DNA of 64,000 nucleotides from a virus (Duplodnaviria; Caudoviricetes): IMG/VR virus record IMGVR_UViG_2894787282_000001, positions 1 to 64,000 of that record; one strand, 5' to 3'. Shown piece by piece: positions 53,915 to 63,060 of this stretch (position 1 is its first letter; each line of letters starts with the position of its first letter). The notes under the pieces were generated by a model. It saw only the letters and a program-made list of their open reading frames with translations, ran no database searches and was not told where the DNA came from. The position numbers and the translations under genes were made by a program.

Positions 53915-54111
53915 AAGTCAACCCCACCTCGGCCACACACCTGTTTCCGATGAAGCCGGTCAAACGATACGCCAGTACCAAGGCACCGGGCACAGCGCTC
54001 TCTGTCCAGATCGGTATTCCGAAGGACGAGTACGACAGCAAAGACCTGCGTCCATTTGACGGCAGGCCAGGTGCGCTGGATTTTCTGAAATGTCCAAGCA
54101 GAGGGTTTTAG
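53911..54111 (+). CDS. Hypothetical protein
   Basis: C-terminal 'RPGALDF..CPSRG'. Confidence 0.65.
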   Translation: MKVNPTSATHLFPMKPVKRYASTKAPGTALSVQIGIPKDEYDSKDLRPFDGRPGALDFLKCPSRGF

Positions 54112-54113
54112 CC

Positions 54114-54314
54114 ATGAGCACCTTCAATTTCAACATCCCTCACTGCCCGCGCTGCAACGGAGACATCGTAAATAACAAATGCCAGAACTGCAGATACGAA
54201 GGCAAAGGCGAAATCGTAAAGCCGTTCACTTCCCAAGCCGCGTACGAACGTGAAGCGTACAAAGACCGCAACAACGGCGACTACGACAGAACGTACTATG
54301 GGGATGAACTCTAA
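54114..54314 (+). CDS. Small zinc-ribbon protein
   Basis: CPRC..CQNC. Confidence 0.6.
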   Translation: MSTFNFNIPHCPRCNGDIVNNKCQNCRYEGKGEIVKPFTSQAAYEREAYKDRNNGDYDRTYYGDEL

Positions 54315-55693
54315 TGGCCTCGCATAAACCACCCCCGCTCTTCAAGCATCAAGGCCAAACCAAGAAAGCGCTCAAAAATGCACACCGATTCTTTGACCAA
54401 AGCGAGCCCGGCACGGGGAAAACCCGTGTCGAGGTCGAAGACTTCGCAGAGCGCCGCGCCCGTGGTGGCAAGCCAGCCATCGTCCTGGCCACCCGCTCCA
54501 CGATGGACTCGGCCTGGGGCGACGACTTCAAAAAGTACGCCCCAGACCTCAAAGTCGCTGTGGCCTACGCGAACAATCGAGAGAAAGCCTTCGCCTCGGG
54601 CGCAGATGTTTACATCACGAATCACGATGCGGTGAACTGGCTAGCCAAGCAGAAGGCACCGTTCTGGAAAAAGTTCGAGGGTGGCACACTGGTCGTCGAC
54701 GAGAGCACTGCCTTCAAGCACAACACAAGCATGCGTTCAAAGAACGCAGCCAAGATCATCAAGCGCTTCGAGTGGCGGCGCATGATGAGTGGCCTGGCTG
54801 ACCCCAACGGCATCCTTGACCTCTGGCACCAGTATTTCCTGCTCGACGAAGGCAAGCGCCTGGGCAAGAGCTTCTTCGGGTTTCGCAGCGCCGTCTGCAC
54901 ACCACAGCAGGTCGGCCCGATGCCCAACATGGTCAAGTGGGTCGAAAAAGAAGGCATCGCCAACATCGTCGCCGCCCTGGTCAAAGACATCACCATCAAG
55001 CACCTGTTCGAAGAGTGTGTCGACATTCCACCCAACCACGAATACACCCGCGCCGTCACGCTAGGGACCAAACATGCGAAGCACTACACCGAGATGGCTG
55101 AGGACATGGTCACGATGGCTAAGGGTCAAGTCCTGTCAGCTGTCAACAAAGCGGTGCTTTGTATCAAGCTGCTACAAATTGCATCGGGCGCGGTGTACAA
55201 CAGCGAAGAGACCGGCTATACGCGCTTCGATACTGACCGCTATGAGCTTGTGCTCGATCTGGTTCAGGAGTGCGAGCATAGCGTCGTGTTTTTCCAGTGG
55301 GAGCACCAGCGCGACGAACTCGTCAAAGAAGCCGAACGACGTGGCCTGAACTTCGCTGTCTACGACGGCAAAACAACGGACAAAGAACGCAAGGCGATCA
55401 CCGAGGACTTCCAGAAGGGCGCCTACGACTGCATCTTCGCCCACCCCAAAAGTGCGGCGCACGGGCTCACCTGGGTCAAGGGTACACGCACCATCTGGGC
55501 GTCGCCTTCATCAAATTTGGAGTGGTACAGGCAAGGCTTAAAGCGTATCTATCGCATTGGCCAAACGCAGAAAACCGAAACCATCACCATCATTGCAGCA
55601 GGAACTTACGACGAAGTCGAGTGGGAGCGCCTGACAGGCAAGTGCCTTCGCTCAGATGAGTTCACTCAGAAGCTGAAGGAATTTCTTTCATGA
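54314..55693 (+). CDS. SNF2/SF2-type DNA helicase
   Basis: 'PGTGKT', 'VDES', 'SG', 'HP.SAAHGL', 'Q..RIYRIGQ'. Confidence 0.9.
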   Translation: MASHKPPPLFKHQGQTKKALKNAHRFFDQSEPGTGKTRVEVEDFAERRARGGKPAIVLATRSTMDSAWGDDFKKYAPDLKVAVAYANNREKAFASGADVYITNHDAVNWLAKQKAPFWKKFEGGTLVVDESTAFKHNTSMRSKNAAKIIKRFEWRRMMSGLADPNGILDLWHQYFLLDEGKRLGKSFFGFRSAVCTPQQVGPMPNMVKWVEKEGIANIVAALVKDITIKHLFEECVDIPPNHEYTRAVTLGTKHAKHYTEMAEDMVTMAKGQVLSAVNKAVLCIKLLQIASGAVYNSEETGYTRFDTDRYELVLDLVQECEHSVVFFQWEHQRDELVKEAERRGLNFAVYDGKTTDKERKAITEDFQKGAYDCIFAHPKSAAHGLTWVKGTRTIWASPSSNLEWYRQGLKRIYRIGQTQKTETITIIAAGTYDEVEWERLTGKCLRSDEFTQKLKEFLS

Positions 55694-56193
55694 GCGCCCC
55701 GCACACTCCTGAATCCTTCTGGGCGAACGTCAAAAAGCAACCGTCAGGCTGCTGGGAGTGGCAAGGCTGTACAAACGTTCCGAATGGCTACGGACTTGTC
55801 AGGTGGGACAGAAAGCAACGAGTCACACATCGAGTCGCAGCTTTCATAAGCGGCATGATTGTGGACGTCAAAGCGCCACCAAATAAGCAAGACAAAACGC
55901 ACGTCCTACACACATGCGACAACAAACTTTGCTGTAACCCAGATCATTTATATCTGGGTTCCTATTCAGACAACCTGCGCCACGCTTACAAAACAGGACT
56001 GAAGAAGCCAGCCTGCGGAGAGCATGCAAACTCAAAATTAACTGCCTTAAAAGTGCGCCAGATATTCACAAAACGCCGCCAAGGACAGCCCCGTGCATCG
56101 GTTGCAAACCAATTTGGTATCTCAAAAGCAATGGTAGACAAGATTGCTCAAGGAAACGCTTGGAAACACATCACAAAGGAGTTTTTAGCATGA
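55690..56193 (+). CDS. HNH homing endonuclease with HTH
   Basis: 'CWEWQG..GYG..HR..VLHTCDN..CCNPDHL..G..DN'. Confidence 0.92.
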   Translation: MSAPHTPESFWANVKKQPSGCWEWQGCTNVPNGYGLVRWDRKQRVTHRVAAFISGMIVDVKAPPNKQDKTHVLHTCDNKLCCNPDHLYLGSYSDNLRHAYKTGLKKPACGEHANSKLTALKVRQIFTKRRQGQPRASVANQFGISKAMVDKIAQGNAWKHITKEFLA

Positions 56194-56399
56194 CTACAAA
56201 AGTTACTCGTCAAGACCCAGTGAACCTTATCCGAGACCGCCTCGTCACCCGTCTCTCCAAGCGCGGCACAGTGCGCGACGACCTCTGGATGAAGAATGTT
56301 TGGGCTGACTTCAGCCACATGGTCGCAGTGTTCCACATGCAAAGCGCTGTGAACAACATCGCAGAACATCTTCCTGTCGAACTGAAAAGAGCGGCATGA
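56190..56399 (+). CDS. Hypothetical protein
   Basis: AAGGAG SD, ATGA overlap. Confidence 0.6.
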   Translation: MTTKVTRQDPVNLIRDRLVTRLSKRGTVRDDLWMKNVWADFSHMVAVFHMQSAVNNIAEHLPVELKRAA

Positions 56400-56740
56400 A
56401 CATCACCTTCGACCCTGCCGCCACAGGTGCAGATAAAACCGTCATCACTACATGGCTTCGCAGACCTGCGATCCTCAATCGCCCACACCTCAGCCCAGAC
56501 TCAATCATCGCGGTAGGTTTTGGCTCAGCCTTCTGTACTAAAGACCTTGAACTCATCTGCGACGAGCAAGACGTGCCGGAAGGAGATGAGTACAGAACCT
56601 GCGCTGACATCGAACTGCTGGCAGCTGCTGACCCGGACCATGACTGGCAGATCAATTACCACGCACCGCTGTACGACGCTGTCTATCAACGCCAAGACGG
56701 CTTCTGGGTGCTGATCGAAGAAGGGCGAGGTTTTGCATGA
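56396..56740 (+). CDS. Hypothetical protein
   Basis: 'IIAVGFG..A..DPDHDW.I..PL..YQRQ..WVL..G.GFA'. Confidence 0.7.
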   Translation: MNITFDPAATGADKTVITTWLRRPAILNRPHLSPDSIIAVGFGSAFCTKDLELICDEQDVPEGDEYRTCADIELLAAADPDHDWQINYHAPLYDAVYQRQDGFWVLIEEGRGFA

Positions 56741-57840
56741 ATAACCAGCACATCATCTTCGACTGCGAAATCATCGGCAAAGACAAGCCGGTCTTCCTGG
56801 TCCGCACGCTGAACGTCGAGACGCGCGAGCGCTGCGAGTTTTGGTATCACAAGCGCGGCCACATGAACAAGCTGGCGCGCATGCTGGCCACCCCGGACTA
56901 CACCTGGGTGGGGTTCAACAGCGAGAACTTCGACCGGCCTCTGATCGCCATGGCCATGGACCCGGAGTACGACGTGCACGGTATCAAAGAGCTGGCCACG
57001 ATCATCATCGAAGAACGGCTGCGCTCCTGGCAGACCTACAAGCAGTTCAACCTGGAGTTCATCGACTACGACCACATCGACCTGTTTGAAGTCATGCCTG
57101 GTGTGATGATCAGTCTGAAGACCTACGCCGGGCGCATGGGTTACAAGACCATGGTCGACCTGCCCTTCCACCACGACACCGACCTGACCCCAGCCCAGCA
57201 GAAGGTGCTCAGCACCTACTGCGACAACGATCTGGGTGTCACCGAAGCGGCGTTTCTGAGCCAGAAGACCGAGCTGGAGCTGCGTGCCGAGATGAGTGAA
57301 GAGTACGGCATCGACCTGCGCTCCAAGAGCGACGCCCAGATCGCCGAGGCCATCCTCAAGAAGCGCGTGGGCATCGGTGCTGGCTCCAAGCATGTACCGC
57401 ACAGTGTCGATTACGAGGCCCCTGACTTCATCGTCACAGACAGCCCTGTCATCAACGAGCTGGCCGACCTGCTCAGCCGCTTCCCCTTCGTGCTCAACCG
57501 TGGCAACGGCAGTCCGACGGCACCCAAGTTCCTCGACGAGCCAGTCGTCATCGGCAGTGGCACCTACCAGTGCGGCGTGGGTGGGTTACACAGCACCCAC
57601 GACAAAGCTATGTACCTCGAAGCCTCTGACGACTTGCTGCTCAGTGACTTTGACGTGGCCAGCTACTACCCCAACATCATGCTCAAGGCGGGCCTGGCTC
57701 CAAAGCTCGGTGGCAACAAGGGCAACAAGTTTCTCGAAGAGTACCGACACATCTACGAGACACGCATTGCGGCAAAGCGACGCGCTCAACAACTATCTGC
57801 TGAGATCAAAGTGATTGAGGCCCAGTTGGCAAATGGCTAA
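56737..57840 (+). CDS. polB: Family B DNA polymerase, N-terminal half (3'-5' exonuclease, motif A, first fingers helix)
   Basis: ExoI 'FDCE', ExoII 'FNSENFD', ExoIII 'YCDND', motif A 'DFDVASYYPN', 'R..AK'. Confidence 0.9.
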   Translation: MNNQHIIFDCEIIGKDKPVFLVRTLNVETRERCEFWYHKRGHMNKLARMLATPDYTWVGFNSENFDRPLIAMAMDPEYDVHGIKELATIIIEERLRSWQTYKQFNLEFIDYDHIDLFEVMPGVMISLKTYAGRMGYKTMVDLPFHHDTDLTPAQQKVLSTYCDNDLGVTEAAFLSQKTELELRAEMSEEYGIDLRSKSDAQIAEAILKKRVGIGAGSKHVPHSVDYEAPDFIVTDSPVINELADLLSRFPFVLNRGNGSPTAPKFLDEPVVIGSGTYQCGVGGLHSTHDKAMYLEASDDLLLSDFDVASYYPNIMLKAGLAPKLGGNKGNKFLEEYRHIYETRIAAKRRAQQLSAEIKVIEAQLANG

Positions 57841-58321
57841 TCGAACGTATCACGAGCGAGGAAAACTAATCCAAGGTTTTCCTTGCAAAAAGCACCCGCT
57901 CTATAACACCTGGGTGCTGATGCGTCAACGCTGCGACAACCCGAATAATCCAGCGTACCGTCATTACGGTGGCCGAGGGATCACAGTTTGCGAACGCTGG
58001 CAATCTTTTGAGAACTTCGCGCTGGACATGGGGATGAAGCCCTCGCAAAAGCATTCTCTTGAGCGCGAAGACAACGACAAGGGTTACTCGCCCGAGAACT
58101 GCAAATGGGAAACCGTTGAAGCACAACGGCTTAACCGACGTTGCTTTGTGACCAGCGAAAGCGGTCACACCGGAGTTCGCCAAATCAAACCCGGTTGCTT
58201 TCAAGCAATGGTTCATATCAACAAAGTGAGATATATCCTTGGAAAATTCAAAACCATCGAAGAAGCTGTCGCAGCAAGAACGAACTTCATTGCAAACAAA
58301 GCTGGAAAAGCTCAAAACTGA
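57833..58321 (+). CDS. HNH-type endonuclease with AP2 domain, inserted in polB
   Basis: 'HPLY..W..MRQRC.NP..Y..YGGRGI.VC.RW..F..DMG..SLER.DN..GY.P.NC.W..N', 'SG.TGV..LG.F...EEA..AR'. Confidence 0.92.
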   Translation: MANRTYHERGKLIQGFPCKKHPLYNTWVLMRQRCDNPNNPAYRHYGGRGITVCERWQSFENFALDMGMKPSQKHSLEREDNDKGYSPENCKWETVEAQRLNRRCFVTSESGHTGVRQIKPGCFQAMVHINKVRYILGKFKTIEEAVAARTNFIANKAGKAQN

Positions 58322-59228
58322 GCGACGCAAAAACCTTCAAGTTGCAAACGCGCTTAAGATTTGCCTTAACGGCACGTTCGGCAAACTAGGCAGCATTTAC
58401 TGCAGCTTCTATGCGCCTGAACTGATGCTCGCTGTGACGCTGACAGGCCAGCTCAACTTGTTGTGCCTCATCCACGAGCTGGAGAAGATCAAAGGTTGTA
58501 ATGTCAAGTCGGCCAACACCGACGGCCTACTTGTTGCCTACAAACCTAATGTTCGTGAGCGTGTGCTGAAAGTCTTTGCTAAAAACGCAAAGCACACGGG
58601 TTTCGAGTACGAAGAAACTCCGTACGCCAAGTACGCAGCCAAGGACGTAAACAACTTTATCGCTCTCAAGACCGACGGCAAAGTCAAGTCCAAGGGGCTA
58701 TACACCCTGAATGACCCCAAAGATAATCCGCTGTACCTGATGAAGAACCCGACGATGGACGTGTGCACACGCATGGTCATCGACTATCTCAAGTGCGGCA
58801 CACGCCCTGAGTCCAGCATCCTTGGTTACACCGACATGAAGGACTTCGTGGCCATCCGCAACGTCCAGGGCGGCGGCATCCAGTACACCGGGTACAAAAA
58901 GGTGGACGACTGGGTCGAGACCGCGCCGGGCAACTGGCGTCGTCCTGACTGGCCCAGCCTGAAAGCCTCGGTACGTCGCAAGTCGCGCCCCGCTCCGGTG
59001 GATGTCGGTGTCGGTGGTGAGCCCTTTGGGCGTGTCGCACGCTGGTACATGACGACGGCTGACCTGCCCCCGCTCACGTACCTCAGCTCGGGCAACCAGG
59101 TGCCCAAGACTGAAGGCGCTCGCATCTGCATGACGCTGCCCGACAAGCTGCCCAAGGACTTGAACAAACAGTGGTACGTCGACGAGGCGTACGCAATCTT
59201 GGAGTCAATCGGCGTGAAGGCGCGATAG
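58239..59228 (+). CDS. polB: Family B DNA polymerase, C-terminal half (motifs B and C, thumb)
   Basis: Motif B 'KICLNGTFGK', motif C 'NTDG', 'KSKG', C-terminal 'WY..EA..L..IG'; TTG start inferred. Confidence 0.88.
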   Translation: MENSKPSKKLSQQERTSLQTKLEKLKTERRKNLQVANALKICLNGTFGKLGSIYCSFYAPELMLAVTLTGQLNLLCLIHELEKIKGCNVKSANTDGLLVAYKPNVRERVLKVFAKNAKHTGFEYEETPYAKYAAKDVNNFIALKTDGKVKSKGLYTLNDPKDNPLYLMKNPTMDVCTRMVIDYLKCGTRPESSILGYTDMKDFVAIRNVQGGGIQYTGYKKVDDWVETAPGNWRRPDWPSLKASVRRKSRPAPVDVGVGGEPFGRVARWYMTTADLPPLTYLSSGNQVPKTEGARICMTLPDKLPKDLNKQWYVDEAYAILESIGVKAR

Positions 59229-59291
59229 CTTTTTTCAATCACTGTAATCTAACGCAATCTGATATTCTCTCAAACCCAAAGGACGCAAACC

Positions 59292-59699
59292 ATGGCAACC
59301 GTATCTGCTCTGCGAAAACCCAAAGTCACCGTCGGCAGTCTCATCGACCAGCTCCACACCATACGCTCCCAGAAGCGCGAGCTGGCAGTCCGTGAGAAAG
59401 AACTTACCACCGAATACGAAGCCACTGAGCAGCAGCTCATGGCCCTGATGGACGCCGAGGGCGTGACCAAGTCCACTGGCAAGACAGCCACCGCCTCGCT
59501 CTCCACGGTGCAGACATTCAACTTCATCCCCGAAACTGGCTTCGACGCCTTCTTCGCCTACGCGGCCAAGATCAAGCGTCCCGACCTGCTGCAGCGGCGC
59601 ATCTCGGTGCCCGCCGTGCGCGAGCTGTGGAGCATGAAAGGCGCCGTCCCCGGCCTCGTCCCATTTGAAGAAAAGAAGATTGGCCTGCGCGATCTCTGA
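59292..59699 (+). CDS. Conserved phage replication-module protein
   Basis: 'DLLQRRIS..A..E..VPG' motif; AAGGA SD. Confidence 0.7.
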   Translation: MATVSALRKPKVTVGSLIDQLHTIRSQKRELAVREKELTTEYEATEQQLMALMDAEGVTKSTGKTATASLSTVQTFNFIPETGFDAFFAYAAKIKRPDLLQRRISVPAVRELWSMKGAVPGLVPFEEKKIGLRDL

Positions 59700-59763
59700 T
59701 CCTCAACTCTAAGCGAATCGAAGCGAACCAACGACACTCTTCAACAACCTTGCAAGGAAAACC

Positions 59764-60570
59764 ATGGTAACCAAAGCAACCCCCAAGAAAACCACCTCTG
59801 CCTTCGACGCTACCAAGCCCGTCGGCACTGCGCTGGTCAAAGCGAAAGTCAATCTCCCCGCGAACATCCAGGAGCAGTTCGCTGCTGAAGTGGCCGCACT
59901 GCAAAAGCGCATCGCTGCGCCGAGCGGTGACCGCATCACAGTGACCCAAGGCCGCACCCTCAAGCTGCCCAACGGCCTGGAGGTCGATGAAATCGAGTGC
60001 GTCATCGTCGACTTCGTCGCAGCCAACTTCTACTACTCGTCGGACTTCGACCGCCAGAACATCGTGCCACCAGACTGTTTCGCCATCGGTATGGAGCCTG
60101 CGGGCCTCGTGCCTTCGGACAACAGCCCTGACAAGCAGTGTGCTGCGTGCGCCGGATGCTGGGCGAACCAGTTCAAGTCAGCCAAGAACGGTCGTGGCAA
60201 AGCGTGCTCCAACACGCGGCTGCTGGCGGTGCTCCCGCTGGACGCCGACGCCGAGTCGCAGATCATGATTCTGAAGGTGTCCAGCACCGGACTCAAGAGC
60301 TTCGACGGTCATGTGGCGAACGTGGTCAGCAAGTACGGCGTGCCAATCCGTGGTGTCACCACCCGTGTGACGATGAGCGACGAAGAATACGCCTCGCTGC
60401 GTTTCTCTGTCATCGAGAAGCTGTCCCCCAAAGACCCGCTGCTCGCCATCGCGCAAAGCCTCAAAGAAACCGCGCTCACACGACTGCAGACTGAGCCCGA
60501 CGTGACTGCGGCCACCGCCGAACCTGCACCGGCTCGCCGGGCGCCAGCCAAGAAGGCTGTGCGCCGCTAA
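59764..60570 (+). CDS. Putative ssDNA-binding/annealing protein with a Cys cluster
   Basis: 'P.CF..C..C..NQF.S..G.GKAC.N.R.LA..V..T.LK'; function inferred from context. Confidence 0.55.
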   Translation: MVTKATPKKTTSAFDATKPVGTALVKAKVNLPANIQEQFAAEVAALQKRIAAPSGDRITVTQGRTLKLPNGLEVDEIECVIVDFVAANFYYSSDFDRQNIVPPDCFAIGMEPAGLVPSDNSPDKQCAACAGCWANQFKSAKNGRGKACSNTRLLAVLPLDADAESQIMILKVSSTGLKSFDGHVANVVSKYGVPIRGVTTRVTMSDEEYASLRFSVIEKLSPKDPLLAIAQSLKETALTRLQTEPDVTAATAEPAPARRAPAKKAVRR

Positions 60571-60648
60571 AAGTTTCGATTCTCGAATGGCAGGCCGGAA
60601 AGACGGCCATCTCGTTTCTTTTTCACAACAACCTGGAGTATTTTTATC

Positions 60649-60891
60649 ATGGCACGTTCCCCATCCGCAGTTCTCTCTCCCGCTGACCGCAAAGCCGCTC
60701 TGGCCAACGCCAAGGTCGCTGCAAAAACTGCTGCAGCCGCAGTGAGCGCCAGCGAAAAAGCCGCAGTCGCAGCCGCCAAGTCGTACGCCAAGGCTCAGGC
60801 CGCAGCCGACAAGGAATTGATCAAGCTCAAGAAAGAAGCTGACAAAGCCAAGGCTGCTCTGGACGCGCTGGCACCCACAGCTGCAGTCTGA
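60649..60891 (+). CDS. Small Ala/Lys-rich protein
   Basis: 80 aa, GGAG SD. Confidence 0.7.
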   Translation: MARSPSAVLSPADRKAALANAKVAAKTAAAAVSASEKAAVAAAKSYAKAQAAADKELIKLKKEADKAKAALDALAPTAAV

Positions 60892-60984
60892 TCTGATCTA
60901 ATCTGATCAAGGGTCGCCTCTCAACGAGGCGGCTCTGTTGAGAGCACAACGTGCTCTCAACAGAGTTTCGATTAACCCAAAGGA

Positions 60985-61332
60985 GTGAAGATGAACTGCG
61001 CTGTTACGCAAGCCAAAGAACAACCCGAATGGATCAAAGACAAAACTGCACCGCCTTGCGAACCGACAGCGCCAGCCTTGCTCATCAAAGCCGCCAGCAT
61101 TATGCAAGCACGCGCGGCGACCTACGACAAACCAGAAGGTGAACGCTCGATGGCGGCTACAGTGACGGCGTTCAACGCTGTCACCGGGCACACCCTCACC
61201 GAATCGCATGGGTGGCTGCTCATGATTTTACTCAAAGCCGTGCGCGACAATCAGCGGGCCGAACCACACGTCGACTCTGTTGAAGACCTCGTCGCCTACG
61301 CCAGCCTTTATGGCGAAGCCCGCCTTAAATGA
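60985..61332 (+). CDS. DUF6378-like helical protein
   Basis: 'A..I..RA..YD..ERSM..W..M.LLK..R..H.DS..D..AY'. Confidence 0.7.
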   Translation: MKMNCAVTQAKEQPEWIKDKTAPPCEPTAPALLIKAASIMQARAATYDKPEGERSMAATVTAFNAVTGHTLTESHGWLLMILLKAVRDNQRAEPHVDSVEDLVAYASLYGEARLK

Positions 61333-61850
61333 GCCGCAAACCCGAGACAGCGTTCATTGATTCGGTCCACAGGCACTTACCCAAGAGCCTGTACCGAATC
61401 AAAAACAACAATCCCTTCAACGGAGGCCAAGCCGACTGCTGGTATAGCGGAAAATACGCAGACCTTTGGATTGAGTACAAATTCATCGAGCGTATAGCTA
61501 AAGACGGCGTTTGTGCAAACTTATCCGCACTGCAGTCTGAGTGGTTGCGTGATCGGTACTCAGAAGGCCGCAACATAGCGGTTATCGTTGGAAGCAAAGA
61601 CGGCGGCGTCCTCTTGCGTGATCTTGAGTGGGAAACTAAGCTCCCACAACAGACTTTTATAAACAATTTAAAAAGCCGCCAGGAACTTGCGCGGTGGATA
61701 CAAAGCGAAACCGGAGTCCAAAATGATAAAGTCCGAAGCGGAGATTTACCAGATACTCGAAGAACTCCTTCGAGCGGCGGGCAACACACCCCAGACGTGT
61801 GTCGACCTGCACGACGACCCACGCGTGCGGGCGCTCGCACCCAGCCCTAA
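61329..61850 (+). CDS. PD-(D/E)XK nuclease (VRR-NUC/Holliday resolvase-like)
   Basis: 'E..F', 'G.AD', 'WIEYK', 'LSALQ..WL'. Confidence 0.75.
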   Translation: MSRKPETAFIDSVHRHLPKSLYRIKNNNPFNGGQADCWYSGKYADLWIEYKFIERIAKDGVCANLSALQSEWLRDRYSEGRNIAVIVGSKDGGVLLRDLEWETKLPQQTFINNLKSRQELARWIQSETGVQNDKVRSGDLPDTRRTPSSGGQHTPDVCRPARRPTRAGARTQP

Positions 61851-62109
61851 CCGCGTCAGCGACTACCTCGGCCACATGTGGCGTAGAGGTCTAGTACAGC
61901 GCTGGTACGCCAGCAAGGAAACCGCGCAGCGTTCGCGCTATGCCTACACCTGGATTGATCAACCTGAAGAAAAGCCTGAGCCTGTATCCCGCCTGACAGT
62001 GCCTCAGCGCAAAGCCGCGCCAGAGAAGCCCAACGTGACGGTCGTCGAAGACGATGGCAGCATCACGCTTGACTTCAAAGAATTCACCATCACGGTCAAG
62101 CGCAAATAA
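61723..62109 (+). CDS. Winged-helix-like DNA-binding protein
   Basis: 'VSDYLGHMWRRGLVQR..RYAY'; GGAG SD. Confidence 0.55.
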   Translation: MIKSEAEIYQILEELLRAAGNTPQTCVDLHDDPRVRALAPSPNRVSDYLGHMWRRGLVQRWYASKETAQRSRYAYTWIDQPEEKPEPVSRLTVPQRKAAPEKPNVTVVEDDGSITLDFKEFTITVKRK

Positions 62110-62215
62110 AGCGGGCTGCGGGTGACTGCAGCCTTTATTTAAACCCACAACTCTAACGAGGTCTTATGAACATCAATACAGATGACGAACGAGCACGTCT
62201 GATCGGCGGCGCATC

Positions 62216-62404
62216 ATGAGAGCGGGCTGGAAGAACGACCCCGCCACGCGCGCCTACTTCGAGATCAAGCGCGCCGTCCAGCAGCACAACGCACGCTGCA
62301 ACCAGATGCATGAGATTCAGCTCCAGGCACTGGATGTGGTGGCCGCAGAACTTCTCAAGACCGCTGCGGACGCAGCGAACCGCAGCAAAGAAACGAGGCA
62401 CTGA
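62216..62404 (+). CDS. Hypothetical protein
   Basis: 62 aa. Confidence 0.55.
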   Translation: MRAGWKNDPATRAYFEIKRAVQQHNARCNQMHEIQLQALDVVAAELLKTAADAANRSKETRH

Positions 62405-62406
62405 AG

Positions 62407-63060
62407 ATGACAAAGCTCACTGACTTGTCGGGAAAGGTCATCGGGCGACTGTTCGTTCAACGCCGTGCCAAAGACTTCGTACAGCCAAACGGTCGAAAGC
62501 GCGCTCAATGGCATTGCATCTGTGCCTGCGGAAACGTGATATTGGTTGAAGCCAGCAATCTTGCTTCAGCTCACACACGTTCTTGCGGGTGCCTGGTTGT
62601 GGACACCTGTTCTGACGTTGGATGCAAAAATCGAACGCACAGCAAGACAGACACCCGCGAATGGAACGCGTGGGCCGGAGCCAAGAGTCGGTGCTCTAAT
62701 CCAAACGTAAGCGCGTTTAAAAACTACGGTGGGCGTGGAATAACAATGTGCCGTCGATGGCTAAATTCATTCGCAGCGTTTTTTGCTGACATGGGGCCTT
62801 GCCCTCCAAGATTCACTCTCGAACGCAAAGATGTGAACCGAGGCTATACCCCCAAAAATTGCATCTGGGCTTCAGCCAAAACGCAAGCCCGCAATAGACG
62901 CACCACTGTTTATGTGCGGCGTAAAGGCCGAAAAATCACTTTGGCTCAAGCGGCTGAAGACCACGGTTTACGACTTAGCCTTGTGCGCGACAGATTTTGC
63001 CGCCAAGGTTGGAGTCTTGAAAGATCATTAACAACCCCTGTAAGGAAAATCTGTGTTTAA
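62407..63060 (+). CDS. HNH-type homing endonuclease
   Basis: 'DLSG..GRL.V..W.C.C.CG..SCGC..YGGRGI..C.RW..DMG..LERKD..GY.P.NC.W..Q..N'. Confidence 0.9.
   Translation: MTKLTDLSGKVIGRLFVQRRAKDFVQPNGRKRAQWHCICACGNVILVEASNLASAHTRSCGCLVVDTCSDVGCKNRTHSKTDTREWNAWAGAKSRCSNPNVSAFKNYGGRGITMCRRWLNSFAAFFADMGPCPPRFTLERKDVNRGYTPKNCIWASAKTQARNRRTTVYVRRKGRKITLAQAAEDHGLRLSLVRDRFCRQGWSLERSLTTPVRKICV

Noticed and set aside
57833-58321. Group I intron, split intein or ribosomal bypass rejoining polB
   Set aside because: The nuclease ORF fills the whole gap with no ribozyme core, there are no C1/HN intein ends, and the ~400-nt gap is far longer than the ~50-nt T4 gene 60 hop.
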